A stretch of DNA of 64,000 nt from a virus, in the IMG/VR virus record IMGVR_UViG_3300027896_001999, positions 2,470-66,469 of that record; one strand, 5' to 3'. The stretch's first letter is position 1; each line of letters starts with the position of its first letter. Positions 46,534 to 55,700 of the stretch are shown here, in pieces. The position numbers and the translations under genes are program-made. The notes under the pieces were generated by a model. It made no database searches, had not been told where the DNA came from, and saw nothing but the letters and a program-made list of their open reading frames with translations.

Positions 46534-47952
46534 ATGAATAACATAAAAATGATCTTTGGCGCGCCAGGATGTGGAAAAACTACTTTTCTTTTGCATCTAT
46601 TAGAACAGATACTGGAAGAGAACGAACCGGGTAAGGTTGCCTTCGTTTCATTCACTAAGAAAGGTAGTTATGAAGGGCGAGACAGAGCGATGGACAGGTT
46701 CTCACTTAGAGAAGATGATCTACCCTTCTTTCGTACAATCCATTCCCTCGCATTCCGTGATCTTGGAGTTTCCAGGTATGATATGATATCAAAACGACAC
46801 TACAAGGAGTTCTCAACAGCGATGGGAATGAATTTCGTGGGATACTATACAACTGACTATAACCACGGAGACGATAGATATTTATTTATGGTTTCTTTAG
46901 AAAAGAATAATAAGTATGTCTTTGAAGCAATGGTAGATGATATGGACTTTGAAAAGTTCAGTGTGATAAGACGGAATTACGAAAGATATAAAAAGGAATA
47001 CGTAATAAAGGACTATGACGATCTTTTGGTAGAGTTTATAGACAAAGGAGAGTCTCTTCCAGTGGACATTGCAATCATAGACGAAGCACAAGATTTGACA
47101 TCCCTTCAATGGCGTTTCTGTGAGGTTGCCTTTAAAGATTGCAAAGAAGTCTATATTGCGGGGGACGATGATCAAGCGATATATGGATGGAGTGGGGCGG
47201 ATACTCCGTACTTTCTAAACAAGACAAAGGGAAATGATGTAGTGGTTTTAGATAAGTCTTATAGATTGAAAAAGAATATACTGGAACTGGCGAAGAGCGT
47301 GTCTAAGAAAATTTCTATGAGAATACCAAAAGACTTTTCTGCGGTAGAGGAAGGAGGAAATATATTCTACCATAACTGTATTGAAGACATTCCCATCAAT
47401 AGTGAAGAGTCTTATTATTTTCTATCACGCAATAACTATTTCTTACCCGCTATAGATAATCACTTAATGCGAATGGGTGTGGTGTTTTCTCATAAAGAAA
47501 AGCCAAGCGTGAATCCTGCTATTCTAAACGCAATAAGACGATATGAAGGTCTTAGAAAGAGTGCTCCATTAGAAATAGCCGGGGACAAACTTCTTTCTTT
47601 GTATCTTAAGAAAGACAGAATCAAGGGAGATCCTTGGTTCAGTTCTTTTAATCTTGAAATAAATGAAAGCAACTATTATAGGGATTTATTTAAGAATAAA
47701 ACAGATACAAGTGTCAATAGAATTATGGTGAACACAATTCATGGAGTGAAGGGTGGAGAGGCGGACAATGTGGTCGTTCTATTAGATATGACTAAGACAG
47801 TTTATAAGAATCTAACAGGGAGTACGTTAGGAATGGACTCGGAACTCCGATGTCTGTATGTGGCGCTCACAAGGACAAAAAAGAATTTGCACATAATCCA
47901 TGCTAATTCAAAATTTGGTTATGGAGAAATTATAAACGAGGTGAAAAAATGA
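46534..47952 (+). CDS. UvrD/Rep-like SF1 helicase
   Basis: GAPGCGKTT, TIHS, IDEAQD, GDDDQAIY, SYR, TIHGVKGGEAD, YVALTR. Confidence 0.93.
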   Translation: MNNIKMIFGAPGCGKTTFLLHLLEQILEENEPGKVAFVSFTKKGSYEGRDRAMDRFSLREDDLPFFRTIHSLAFRDLGVSRYDMISKRHYKEFSTAMGMNFVGYYTTDYNHGDDRYLFMVSLEKNNKYVFEAMVDDMDFEKFSVIRRNYERYKKEYVIKDYDDLLVEFIDKGESLPVDIAIIDEAQDLTSLQWRFCEVAFKDCKEVYIAGDDDQAIYGWSGADTPYFLNKTKGNDVVVLDKSYRLKKNILELAKSVSKKISMRIPKDFSAVEEGGNIFYHNCIEDIPINSEESYYFLSRNNYFLPAIDNHLMRMGVVFSHKEKPSVNPAILNAIRRYEGLRKSAPLEIAGDKLLSLYLKKDRIKGDPWFSSFNLEINESNYYRDLFKNKTDTSVNRIMVNTIHGVKGGEADNVVVLLDMTKTVYKNLTGSTLGMDSELRCLYVALTRTKKNLHIIHANSKFGYGEIINEVKK

Positions 47953-48161
47953 GTGATAGAATTAAGGGATTGTCTGTAGTCTTTACGAAAGATATAGGAG
48001 GAGAATATTGCCAAAAAATCATAGATGCCATTCTTATGATTAAAGGAGTTGAAAATGTGACTCCCAGTATTTCCGATTCCGATGACTGGATGAATAGGGA
48101 ACAAGTTAAAAGTGAACTACGAAAAAAGATATATTCCTTCTTTTCAGAAGGACTATTTTAA
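47949..48161 (+). CDS. Conserved small phage protein
   Basis: DRI.GL.V....DI.......I.DAI.MIKGV..V pattern. Confidence 0.65.
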   Translation: MSDRIKGLSVVFTKDIGGEYCQKIIDAILMIKGVENVTPSISDSDDWMNREQVKSELRKKIYSFFSEGLF

Positions 48162-48182
48162 TTTATAAAAAGAGGAAACAGT

Positions 48183-48359
48183 ATGAGCGATAAAAAAGTG
48201 TACTTGGGGGATTCAGTGTACGTAGAATACGATGGGTATAATTTTGTACTGACCACAGATAATGGTATGGGTGCATCAAACACCATTGTACTGGAACCGA
48301 CTGTGTACGTTGCACTAACAAGATTCGTAAACAATTTAAAGAATAAGGAAGGTGGATGA
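48183..48359 (+). CDS. 58-aa phage protein
   Basis: Hand translation MSDKKVYLGDSVYVEYDGYNFVLTT...IVLEP.V..AL; GAGG RBS. Confidence 0.65.
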   Translation: MSDKKVYLGDSVYVEYDGYNFVLTTDNGMGASNTIVLEPTVYVALTRFVNNLKNKEGG

Positions 48360-48360
48360 T

Positions 48361-49254
48361 ATGCCAATAACAAAAGATTTACTTGACAAGAAAAACTACA
48401 TGATCGGAATTCCGTCGAGAGAACGGAGCTTCATGATAAGGGAAAGAAAAGGTTTGTGGTTACACACAGACCCCATTGAGAAATACCCTGTGAGAGCCAT
48501 TGTGAGAGAAAGTGAAAAGGACAATTATGAAATGGTTCCGGCCATACTTTGTCCAGACTCTTGCACTATTGCTAACAAGAGACAAAGATTAATGGAATAC
48601 GCCATTGCTTGCAATTACGAATTTCTTTTTATCATAGATGACGACGTGGCGCTCTATTATAGGGATGAAAATTTATCCTCTAAATACACATCCAAGCGAG
48701 AGACATTTCAGGCTGAGGATTGCTTTAATCGTATTCTTTATGAAGCGATTATGCTCTGTGGGGAGAAGGCACCGATAATTGGACTTCCGTTGAAGTTGGG
48801 CAGTTTCGGACTGAAATGGAAATTCCCTAAAAATATTCCCGTAATAAGATTCGTCTGTTATCATGTTCCAACTCTGGTGAAAGAAAACATAAAGATGGAT
48901 GGCATGGGGACGATGTTCATGAGTGACAGATTCACTCACCTTTCACTTTTGAACAAAGGGTATTATTCACTAAGCAACTGCGGGTATGCAGTTGGGGATC
49001 AGGGGACTGGATATAAAGGAGGGTGCAGTGTAACCAGAACAGTCGAACTCCAGTCTGCCTCGGCCATTGCTTTAAGAGATGCTTTTCCGAATCATGTTGA
49101 ATTGAAAATTAAAAACAATGGGCTCTGGGACGCGGAAAGATTGGACTGCCGTATCTCATGGCGGAAGTTCTTAAAAGAAGGAGAAAGCAATTTCCTACCA
49201 GCAGAGGAAGGGAAAAGATTAATCGAAAGCGAGGGGTATAGATGCAGAATATAG
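48361..49254 (+). CDS. GT-A fold glycosyltransferase (TET/JBP-associated-like) 1
   Basis: IPSRER, I..KRQ, IDDD and GGCS..R motifs. Confidence 0.78.
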   Translation: MPITKDLLDKKNYMIGIPSRERSFMIRERKGLWLHTDPIEKYPVRAIVRESEKDNYEMVPAILCPDSCTIANKRQRLMEYAIACNYEFLFIIDDDVALYYRDENLSSKYTSKRETFQAEDCFNRILYEAIMLCGEKAPIIGLPLKLGSFGLKWKFPKNIPVIRFVCYHVPTLVKENIKMDGMGTMFMSDRFTHLSLLNKGYYSLSNCGYAVGDQGTGYKGGCSVTRTVELQSASAIALRDAFPNHVELKIKNNGLWDAERLDCRISWRKFLKEGESNFLPAEEGKRLIESEGYRCRI

Positions 49255-50105
49255 ATTTCAACCAAAAATTCTTAGACAAGTTCATTGAAGTCGCGATAGA
49301 GAGACATAAGATATATAAGCTCCGAGAAAGTGGAGCTCCCCGTCCTTGGACGAACAACGAAATTCTACGGGACTTCTTCTTTTGCAATCTCTTTCGGCAA
49401 TACGACAGATGTTCAAAATGGATTATAGAAAACATAGTTCCTTATGAAAGGTGGGATCTACTGGTTCTGTATCGTTTCATTTCAACGTACACCACATTTG
49501 AACATATAAAAGCATCATGCCAATTAGACAACTTACCACTTATCCATGATCTATTAAGAGAAATGAAAAATGCAGATTTGAAGATCTTCAGCGGATGTTT
49601 TATCCGGAATCCCAGAATCCCGGGTGGTTGGACTGAAACTTACAATGTTCCATTTGTTTTGATAGACGAAATAAAGAAAGATGGCACCATTGAATTGGTA
49701 ATAGCTCTTAATTCTTTAAAGAAGATGGTAGACTACTTTTCAAGATTCCCTGGTACAAAATTCTTCATGGGGTACGAATACGCATGTGATCTTGAATACA
49801 CCAAGTTCTTTAACCCAACCGATAAATTTACGTGGGCGAACATGGGGCCAGGAGCGATGAGAGGCATGAGTCTACTGCTCCATGGGAGTGCTTTCCAAAA
49901 GATGAAGCAAGACTTTTGGTTAGAGAAAGCACAAGAGCTACTGGGAATCATGACCAAGGAAGTCGGTTCCATATTCCCTGAGGAAACCATCACTATGCGG
50001 GAAGTAGAACATCAATTATGCGAATTCCAAAAGTATGTAAAATATGGTTCTATGTCCGAGGGAAGTGAAAGAGTGAAGCATAGAAAATTCAACGGGAGTA
50101 TATAG
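49242..50105 (+). CDS. 5-hmdU DNA kinase-like helical protein (aGPT-Pplase1 family)
   Basis: ERH.IY..RE.G.P.PWT..ILR..FFCN..R..DR.S.WI, FM.YE..CDL, GPGA.RG, E..LCEF.KY. Confidence 0.85.
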   Translation: MQNIDFNQKFLDKFIEVAIERHKIYKLRESGAPRPWTNNEILRDFFFCNLFRQYDRCSKWIIENIVPYERWDLLVLYRFISTYTTFEHIKASCQLDNLPLIHDLLREMKNADLKIFSGCFIRNPRIPGGWTETYNVPFVLIDEIKKDGTIELVIALNSLKKMVDYFSRFPGTKFFMGYEYACDLEYTKFFNPTDKFTWANMGPGAMRGMSLLLHGSAFQKMKQDFWLEKAQELLGIMTKEVGSIFPEETITMREVEHQLCEFQKYVKYGSMSEGSERVKHRKFNGSI

Positions 50106-50107
50106 AT

Positions 50108-50983
50108 ATGAAACACGCAACAATAATTCCGTCTAAAGACCGGTCTCATCTATTACTTAGATATGCGGATCTGCCGGCACGGAGATTCAATCATCCAATA
50201 TTCAATACAAAGTTATGGGTGAGCGAAAAGGAGTACGACACGTATAAGAAAGTGGTAGACGAACTGCGATTGGAACACGTGGAACTGATCGCCGACGATC
50301 ATGCTAATATAGCGGAATGCCGTCAGAATATCTTAATGTATTGCCACGAACATGGGTATGATTATTTATTCTCGCCGGATGACGATGTGCGGTTCCATGC
50401 AAGAGAAAGTAATTGGAAAGTAGTTCCATTAGAGCTGGAGGAAAACGTAAATCTCTTCAATCACATGTCGTCTATCTGTAGTACGGAAGTTCCTCTGGTT
50501 TCACTTCGATACAGATTCATGGTCCAGAATTGCAATACAGCTTATGAGAAGAATTATAAAATCATTATTTTGTATTTCGTTCACGTTCCAACGTTGGTGA
50601 ACAATGGCGTTTCTTTTAAGCATGAAGGGTTTCAATTCTACGAAGACAAATATATGCAACTACAACTCTATTCAAAGGGATTCCGTTCCTGCACTTCATC
50701 TATGTATGCGACATCTCAACGTCAGCCAGATAACACAGAAGGAGGTTGCTTCGCTTATAGAAACATAGAAGAGGCTAATCGTCACTCGCGGATTATGCAC
50801 GAAGAGTGGCCCGAGTACTCGAAGCTGGTGATTAAGAATAGTTGGAAGGAAGGTCCAAGGTTAGAGAACATATGGTACTTCAAAAAATTTTTAAAACCAG
50901 ATGAATTACGGTATTTCCCAAAAGAACAGATGGAACGATTTATGGGAAGAGAAGGTGCTTATAGGCTGGAGGTCCCTGTATGA
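50108..50983 (+). CDS. GT-A fold glycosyltransferase (TET/JBP-associated-like) 2
   Basis: IPSKDR, I...RQ.I, DDD, ED..MQLQL...G, GGC..YR; paralogue of 48361. Confidence 0.8.
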   Translation: MKHATIIPSKDRSHLLLRYADLPARRFNHPIFNTKLWVSEKEYDTYKKVVDELRLEHVELIADDHANIAECRQNILMYCHEHGYDYLFSPDDDVRFHARESNWKVVPLELEENVNLFNHMSSICSTEVPLVSLRYRFMVQNCNTAYEKNYKIIILYFVHVPTLVNNGVSFKHEGFQFYEDKYMQLQLYSKGFRSCTSSMYATSQRQPDNTEGGCFAYRNIEEANRHSRIMHEEWPEYSKLVIKNSWKEGPRLENIWYFKKFLKPDELRYFPKEQMERFMGREGAYRLEVPV

Positions 50984-51437
50984 TCTATGCGGAAGTGGTA
51001 GTTGGTAGAAGAAAAATAAGAGCCATAGAATACGAAGTCAATGAGAATGGGTGCTGGATCTGTACGAGTCACTGCTTAGCTTATGGGTATCCTGTAATAG
51101 AATTAAACGGAACTAAGAAGTTAAGCCGAGTTGTCTTGGAACGGTCTTTGGGAAGAAAAATAAAAGAAGGGCTTTGGGCTCTTCATAAGTGCAACAATCG
51201 TGCATGTATCAATCCAGAGCATCTGTATGAAGGCACTCCGGAGGAAAATACAAAGGATTCTATGGAAGCGGGAACCCTTGTTTCTAAGCTGACAGAAGCT
51301 CGGGTCTTAGAAATAAGAAAGTCTACTTTGTCTGGTTCTAAGTTGGGGAAGATTTATGGGTGACCAGAAAATGCATCAATGAGATTAAAAGAAGAGACAC
51401 ATGGAAGCACGTTAAGGAGAAACAAGATGGAGTATAG
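50980..51437 (+). pseudogene. HNH endonuclease with frameshifted C-terminal HTH
   Basis: GCW, LHKCNN..C.NP.HL..G...N; 1-bp deletion at ~51360; the shifted frame continues VTRKCINEIKRRDTWKH like paralogue 60189. Confidence 0.75.
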
Positions 51438-52503
51438 TAAAGAACGAGTAGAACAACTACGAAAAAACAAACTGACTGTCTTCGAAGACATTCATTATTT
51501 AAAAGTCGAACCCAGTCATATCTGTAATCGTAAATGCAATTTCTGTGGAATCTCCCACAGAGAGTCTGGCATGATGACTATGGAAACTTTTAATAATCTT
51601 ATAAATGGAGCAGGGAATTCCCTGAAAAGAATAGACTTTAGTCTTCAGGGAGAACCGACACTCAATCCCTTGCTACCAGACATGATTGAATTGGTTAGGA
51701 ACGATTATCCTGATTGCCAAATAATGGTTATATCTAACATGGACAAGATCAAAAGAGAAGGGATGGAATGGTTGTTTGATTTATATGACAGAGGTCTCAA
51801 TATTTTACAAGCAGATTTATATGACAACGACACAGAGCGATGGTTCTTAGATGATGTAAGAAAACATAAAGAGCACTTTATAAAACGAGACATAGCACTG
51901 CACAATGTATATGAAACTAACGATAACCCTTTCCACTATGCTGGACCAAAGAAGAAGGATATTTATTATATAGTAGAACGATCTGACCATGATGATATGG
52001 TTGGTAAAAAGAATTCGGCACGCAATATCCATACTTGGGGAGGCAATCTTCCTTTAGAGAAATGGGAACCCTATGGATTATCTTTATCTGACTTCCCTAT
52101 GAAAAAGAAATGTACGGAGCCTTTGAAATATGCCACTATCCGTTTCAATGGCGAGGTTGCTCCTTGTTGCTTTGACGGCGCATGCACAACGACTATTGGA
52201 AATGTTAATGACGAACCCATAAATGACATCTGGAAAGGCAAGAATTTCCAAATGATAAGATTAGTAGCTTCCCTCGGAATGCGAGAAATGATGCTCCCAT
52301 GTATTCTATGTAATAGATTAAGTTTTAGAATTGGTTTGAATCCATACTGGGGGAAAGAGTACTCTTTACAAGAAGTGATAGAAACTCTTAGAACTATCCA
52401 AGTTTTATACAAAGAAGAATCTTTATATGGAAATCTAATGGAATTGAGATCTACTCGTAATCTTCCTCTACATATACAGGAGTTGATAAGCAATGCTCGA
52501 TAA
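51427..52503 (+). CDS. Radical SAM enzyme with SPASM/twitch domain 1
   Basis: CNRKCNFC, GEP.L.P, C.EP....G.V..CC.D, C..C; start chosen by alignment to the paralogue. Confidence 0.9.
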   Translation: MEYSKERVEQLRKNKLTVFEDIHYLKVEPSHICNRKCNFCGISHRESGMMTMETFNNLINGAGNSLKRIDFSLQGEPTLNPLLPDMIELVRNDYPDCQIMVISNMDKIKREGMEWLFDLYDRGLNILQADLYDNDTERWFLDDVRKHKEHFIKRDIALHNVYETNDNPFHYAGPKKKDIYYIVERSDHDDMVGKKNSARNIHTWGGNLPLEKWEPYGLSLSDFPMKKKCTEPLKYATIRFNGEVAPCCFDGACTTTIGNVNDEPINDIWKGKNFQMIRLVASLGMREMMLPCILCNRLSFRIGLNPYWGKEYSLQEVIETLRTIQVLYKEESLYGNLMELRSTRNLPLHIQELISNAR

Positions 52504-53545
52504 AGAAAGAGTAGCCCATCTGAAGTCAAAGAATCTTACCGTATTCGAGGAAGTCTACAGCCTTCGCTTAGAGGTCTACAGCGGATGCAATCTAAACTGC
52601 TGGTCATGTGGTAGAGGAAGGACGAACCACGGTACGATGGATTTCTTTACGTTTGAAAAGATATTATCAGACCTCACTGATCGTTGCACTCGTATGGAAT
52701 TTGGGGTTCAGGGGGAACCATCCCTTCATCCGGGGTTGGTAGATTTTGTAGCAATGGCAAGAAAAAGATTACCCAAGGCACAACTACTTATAATTTCAAA
52801 TACAGAGGCTTTCCGTAATGATGGGCACTATACAGTAAAAAGTCTATTTGATGCAGGGTTGAACTTCCTTCACGCAGACATTTATAACGAAAGACAAATG
52901 GAGTGGATCTCAAAGTTGAACATAGAGGGAGTGTCTATTCAAGACTACTATAAACAGAATGTAAATGCCTTTTCTTACAAGGGAAATGCCCAAAAGACCA
53001 TGATTATCACAAACGAAATTGAAGGGTTCGGAGCTACAAGAAGCGCCACAAGAGTTCCCCATAATTTTGGTGGGAACCTTCCATATATGCATTGGCAAAA
53101 ATTGATAGGGATGCAGATAAAGGATTTTCCATTAGAAAAGACTTGCGTAGAACCTCTCAAGTATATGACAGTCAACTGGAACGGAGACGTAAACTTGTGT
53201 TGCCGGGAAGGGGCGAAAGCTGTCGTAGTTGGAAACACCAACAACGAAAACCTGCAAGACATATGGCAGGGTGAAGCAATGCAGAAGATACGACTATTGC
53301 TATGTAATAAGAAACGAAAGGATATCATACCTTGCGTACTGTGTAATGCAAGATCTTTCCGTTCAGGGCTCTATCCATATTGGGGACCGTCGTACGGATA
53401 TGAGGATATAATAAAAGACATTGATAAATATTTTTCTTTAAACAAAAAAGAACACATGCATGAAAATCTATTGAGTCTGTTGAGCATAAAAGAATTACCC
53501 ATACATATAACAAATTATCTAAGGAGGAAGGACGAATGCAGTTAA
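52493..53545 (+). CDS. Radical SAM enzyme with SPASM/twitch domain 2
   Basis: CNLNCWSC, GEPSLHP, C.EP....G.V..CC.E, C..C. Confidence 0.9.
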   Translation: MLDKERVAHLKSKNLTVFEEVYSLRLEVYSGCNLNCWSCGRGRTNHGTMDFFTFEKILSDLTDRCTRMEFGVQGEPSLHPGLVDFVAMARKRLPKAQLLIISNTEAFRNDGHYTVKSLFDAGLNFLHADIYNERQMEWISKLNIEGVSIQDYYKQNVNAFSYKGNAQKTMIITNEIEGFGATRSATRVPHNFGGNLPYMHWQKLIGMQIKDFPLEKTCVEPLKYMTVNWNGDVNLCCREGAKAVVVGNTNNENLQDIWQGEAMQKIRLLLCNKKRKDIIPCVLCNARSFRSGLYPYWGPSYGYEDIIKDIDKYFSLNKKEHMHENLLSLLSIKELPIHITNYLRRKDECS

Positions 53546-54126
53546 AAGATTATTTAGAAAAATATGATACCTTGAAGAACATCAAGCGTTTCAACATGGA
53601 AACGGTGATAGAGCCTCAAAATCTTTGCGACCATGGACATGGTGTCGGAACTTTGTATTATCTATTGTGCAAAGAAATGGGGGTGCTTATTTCCGTAGAC
53701 ACTTTGTTTATGGTCATGAATCACGACTTCGCGGAAGCATACACAAGTGACCTGAACAGAAGGGTGAAGGATAAGACAAAAAAGACTTCAGAAGCATGGA
53801 AAGTAATAGAAAATTCCAATCTTCCTTTGTCGTTGATTTGTTGGACAGATGAATCCATAAAGAGTTCATTGGGTGGGTTTGATGAATCTATCCGGTACAT
53901 GGTATTTCAAATCGCAGATGAATGGGAAGCCATGCAATATTGCTTAAGGGAAGTCAACAAAGGTAATTCTTATATGAAAAGACCTCTTGGGGTCTACATG
54001 GAAATGGTTAATGAAAAGATAAGATCCCTTAGATCTTGCGGTAAGAATTATGAAATATGCTGTGACTATCTTCTTTTACTTATAGAAAGAATAGACGTAG
54101 AATACGACTTGGGGGCAAATATATGA
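53536..54126 (+). CDS. HD-domain nucleotide hydrolase (YfbR-like)
   Basis: L..IKRF, N..DH, HDFAE..T.D, AD..E. Confidence 0.85.
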   Translation: MQLKDYLEKYDTLKNIKRFNMETVIEPQNLCDHGHGVGTLYYLLCKEMGVLISVDTLFMVMNHDFAEAYTSDLNRRVKDKTKKTSEAWKVIENSNLPLSLICWTDESIKSSLGGFDESIRYMVFQIADEWEAMQYCLREVNKGNSYMKRPLGVYMEMVNEKIRSLRSCGKNYEICCDYLLLLIERIDVEYDLGANI

Positions 54127-54959
54127 ATCACATTATTGATGAATATGAAAGCATGAATAAAGCATACTTATCTCTTCTCTTCCAATTACTTAATAGTCCC
54201 ACATATATTTCCACCACTCGGAAAGGGGAAACCATATCCGAGATGCTTAATGCGGGGTTCATTTTGAAAGATCCTACAAAATGTTTTGCCACTTGCAGGA
54301 ATATGTCTTTAAAGTATCTTGATGGGGAATTGGAGTTCTATTTAAGTGGAAGCCCTTATCTTAAGGACATAACCAAGCACTCTAAGTTCTGGGAGAAAGT
54401 CACAGATGATGATAGAACAGTGAATTCCAATTATGGGAAACTACTATTCTATGACAGAAACCATCACAACTACACTCAGTTTGAATATGCTAAACGAATG
54501 TTGTTGGAAAATCCAGACAGTAAGAAAGCGGTCATGGTCATTTACAGTAAAGAAAACGCACACGACAGCCAGGACAATCCATGTACGATGTTCCTGCAAT
54601 TTTTCATAAGGGAAAAGAAACTCCACCTCATAGTAAAGATGCGCTCATCAGACATATGGTATGGTCTTCCGTACGATGTACCATTTTTTGTTTTCGTTCA
54701 GTACAAGATGTTGCATGCTCTTGAAAGATATTATCCATCACTACGAATGGGTCTGTACAACCATCAGTCTGGTAGCCTTCATCTATACAGTAGGAATGCA
54801 TCGGTGGCTCACAGTACTCTGAAAAGAGATAGAGAGCTTTGGGAAAATCTAAGTCTGACTGAGGAGTTCTTAGATTTTTGTGAATCGATTCAAACAGAGC
54901 TCTTTATCAAGTATATTAAAACCAAAGTAGGGGAGGGGAAAGGAGATGTCGAATATTGA
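54123..54959 (+). CDS. Thymidylate synthase homologue, probable dCMP (hydroxy)methylase
   Basis: PCT..LQF, MRSSDIWYGLPYDV (Asp at the E. coli ThyA Asn177 position), H..GSLHLY. Confidence 0.82.
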   Translation: MNHIIDEYESMNKAYLSLLFQLLNSPTYISTTRKGETISEMLNAGFILKDPTKCFATCRNMSLKYLDGELEFYLSGSPYLKDITKHSKFWEKVTDDDRTVNSNYGKLLFYDRNHHNYTQFEYAKRMLLENPDSKKAVMVIYSKENAHDSQDNPCTMFLQFFIREKKLHLIVKMRSSDIWYGLPYDVPFFVFVQYKMLHALERYYPSLRMGLYNHQSGSLHLYSRNASVAHSTLKRDRELWENLSLTEEFLDFCESIQTELFIKYIKTKVGEGKGDVEY

Positions 54960-55224
54960 AAGAATCATAGACCATAGGAATGGGAAATTGTCTTATGTAA
55001 CCAAATCTTTGGTATTCCCCCCAGACGGAAGTGTGAAAAAGATTTGTTCAAAATGTAAAAAATCTTTACCAATAGAAAGTGGATTCCATGTGACTTCACG
55101 TATAAAAGGAGACACGAAATACTTGTATAATCATTGCAAGTGTAAAGAGTGTAGAAGAGCAGAAAGAAGAAGCTACTATAAAGATGGACCAAAGATAATA
55201 TCAAAAGGAGAAAAGAAGAAATGA
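54946..55224 (+). CDS. Zn-ribbon protein
   Basis: K.CSKC...LP...FH...CKEC. Confidence 0.6.
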   Translation: MSNIERIIDHRNGKLSYVTKSLVFPPDGSVKKICSKCKKSLPIESGFHVTSRIKGDTKYLYNHCKCKECRRAERRSYYKDGPKIISKGEKKK

Positions 55225-55700
55225 CTATACTCAAACCAAAAGATGTGGAAACTCTAATTCAAATGGCTCATGCTCAAACTCGTTTCTCTATGTGCCTTAA
55301 AAAGAAGGTTGGAGCAGCTCTATACAGCACCACCGATAGAGCCATCTACGGATTAGGTCATGGGGGACCAAAGATTCCATGTAAAGAATGTGTAAGAAAA
55401 AAGTATGAATGGACTCAAGATGGGTGTTGGTCCATTCATGCAGAGATACGTGCAATATTTGATTATTTCAAAAAAGAAGGGTACAACAATCCATTCATTT
55501 CTTGTGTCATGTTCACCACCCATGGTCCTTGTGATGGGTGTTTGAAATATATGAACTATTTTGGGATAGGTTCTGTTGTCTACGATATCCCTTATCACAA
55601 TGACTATTCAAAGTGGGTTGGAAAGATAAGAGTATTCTCTAAAGAAGAATATCTTAAGAACTGTTACGACATAGACGAACCATGGGAGCCAAAAGAATGA
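55221..55700 (+). CDS. dCMP deaminase
   Basis: C.K.KVGA, HAE..A and PC..C zinc motifs. Confidence 0.88.
   Translation: MTILKPKDVETLIQMAHAQTRFSMCLKKKVGAALYSTTDRAIYGLGHGGPKIPCKECVRKKYEWTQDGCWSIHAEIRAIFDYFKKEGYNNPFISCVMFTTHGPCDGCLKYMNYFGIGSVVYDIPYHNDYSKWVGKIRVFSKEEYLKNCYDIDEPWEPKE

Noticed and set aside
46434-46541. 35-codon ORF with RBS between primase and helicase
   Set aside because: Too short and featureless to support
53536-54126. DatZ-like dATPase implying a 2-aminoadenine genome
   Set aside because: No PurZ-like gene in the window; neighbours point to pyrimidine modification
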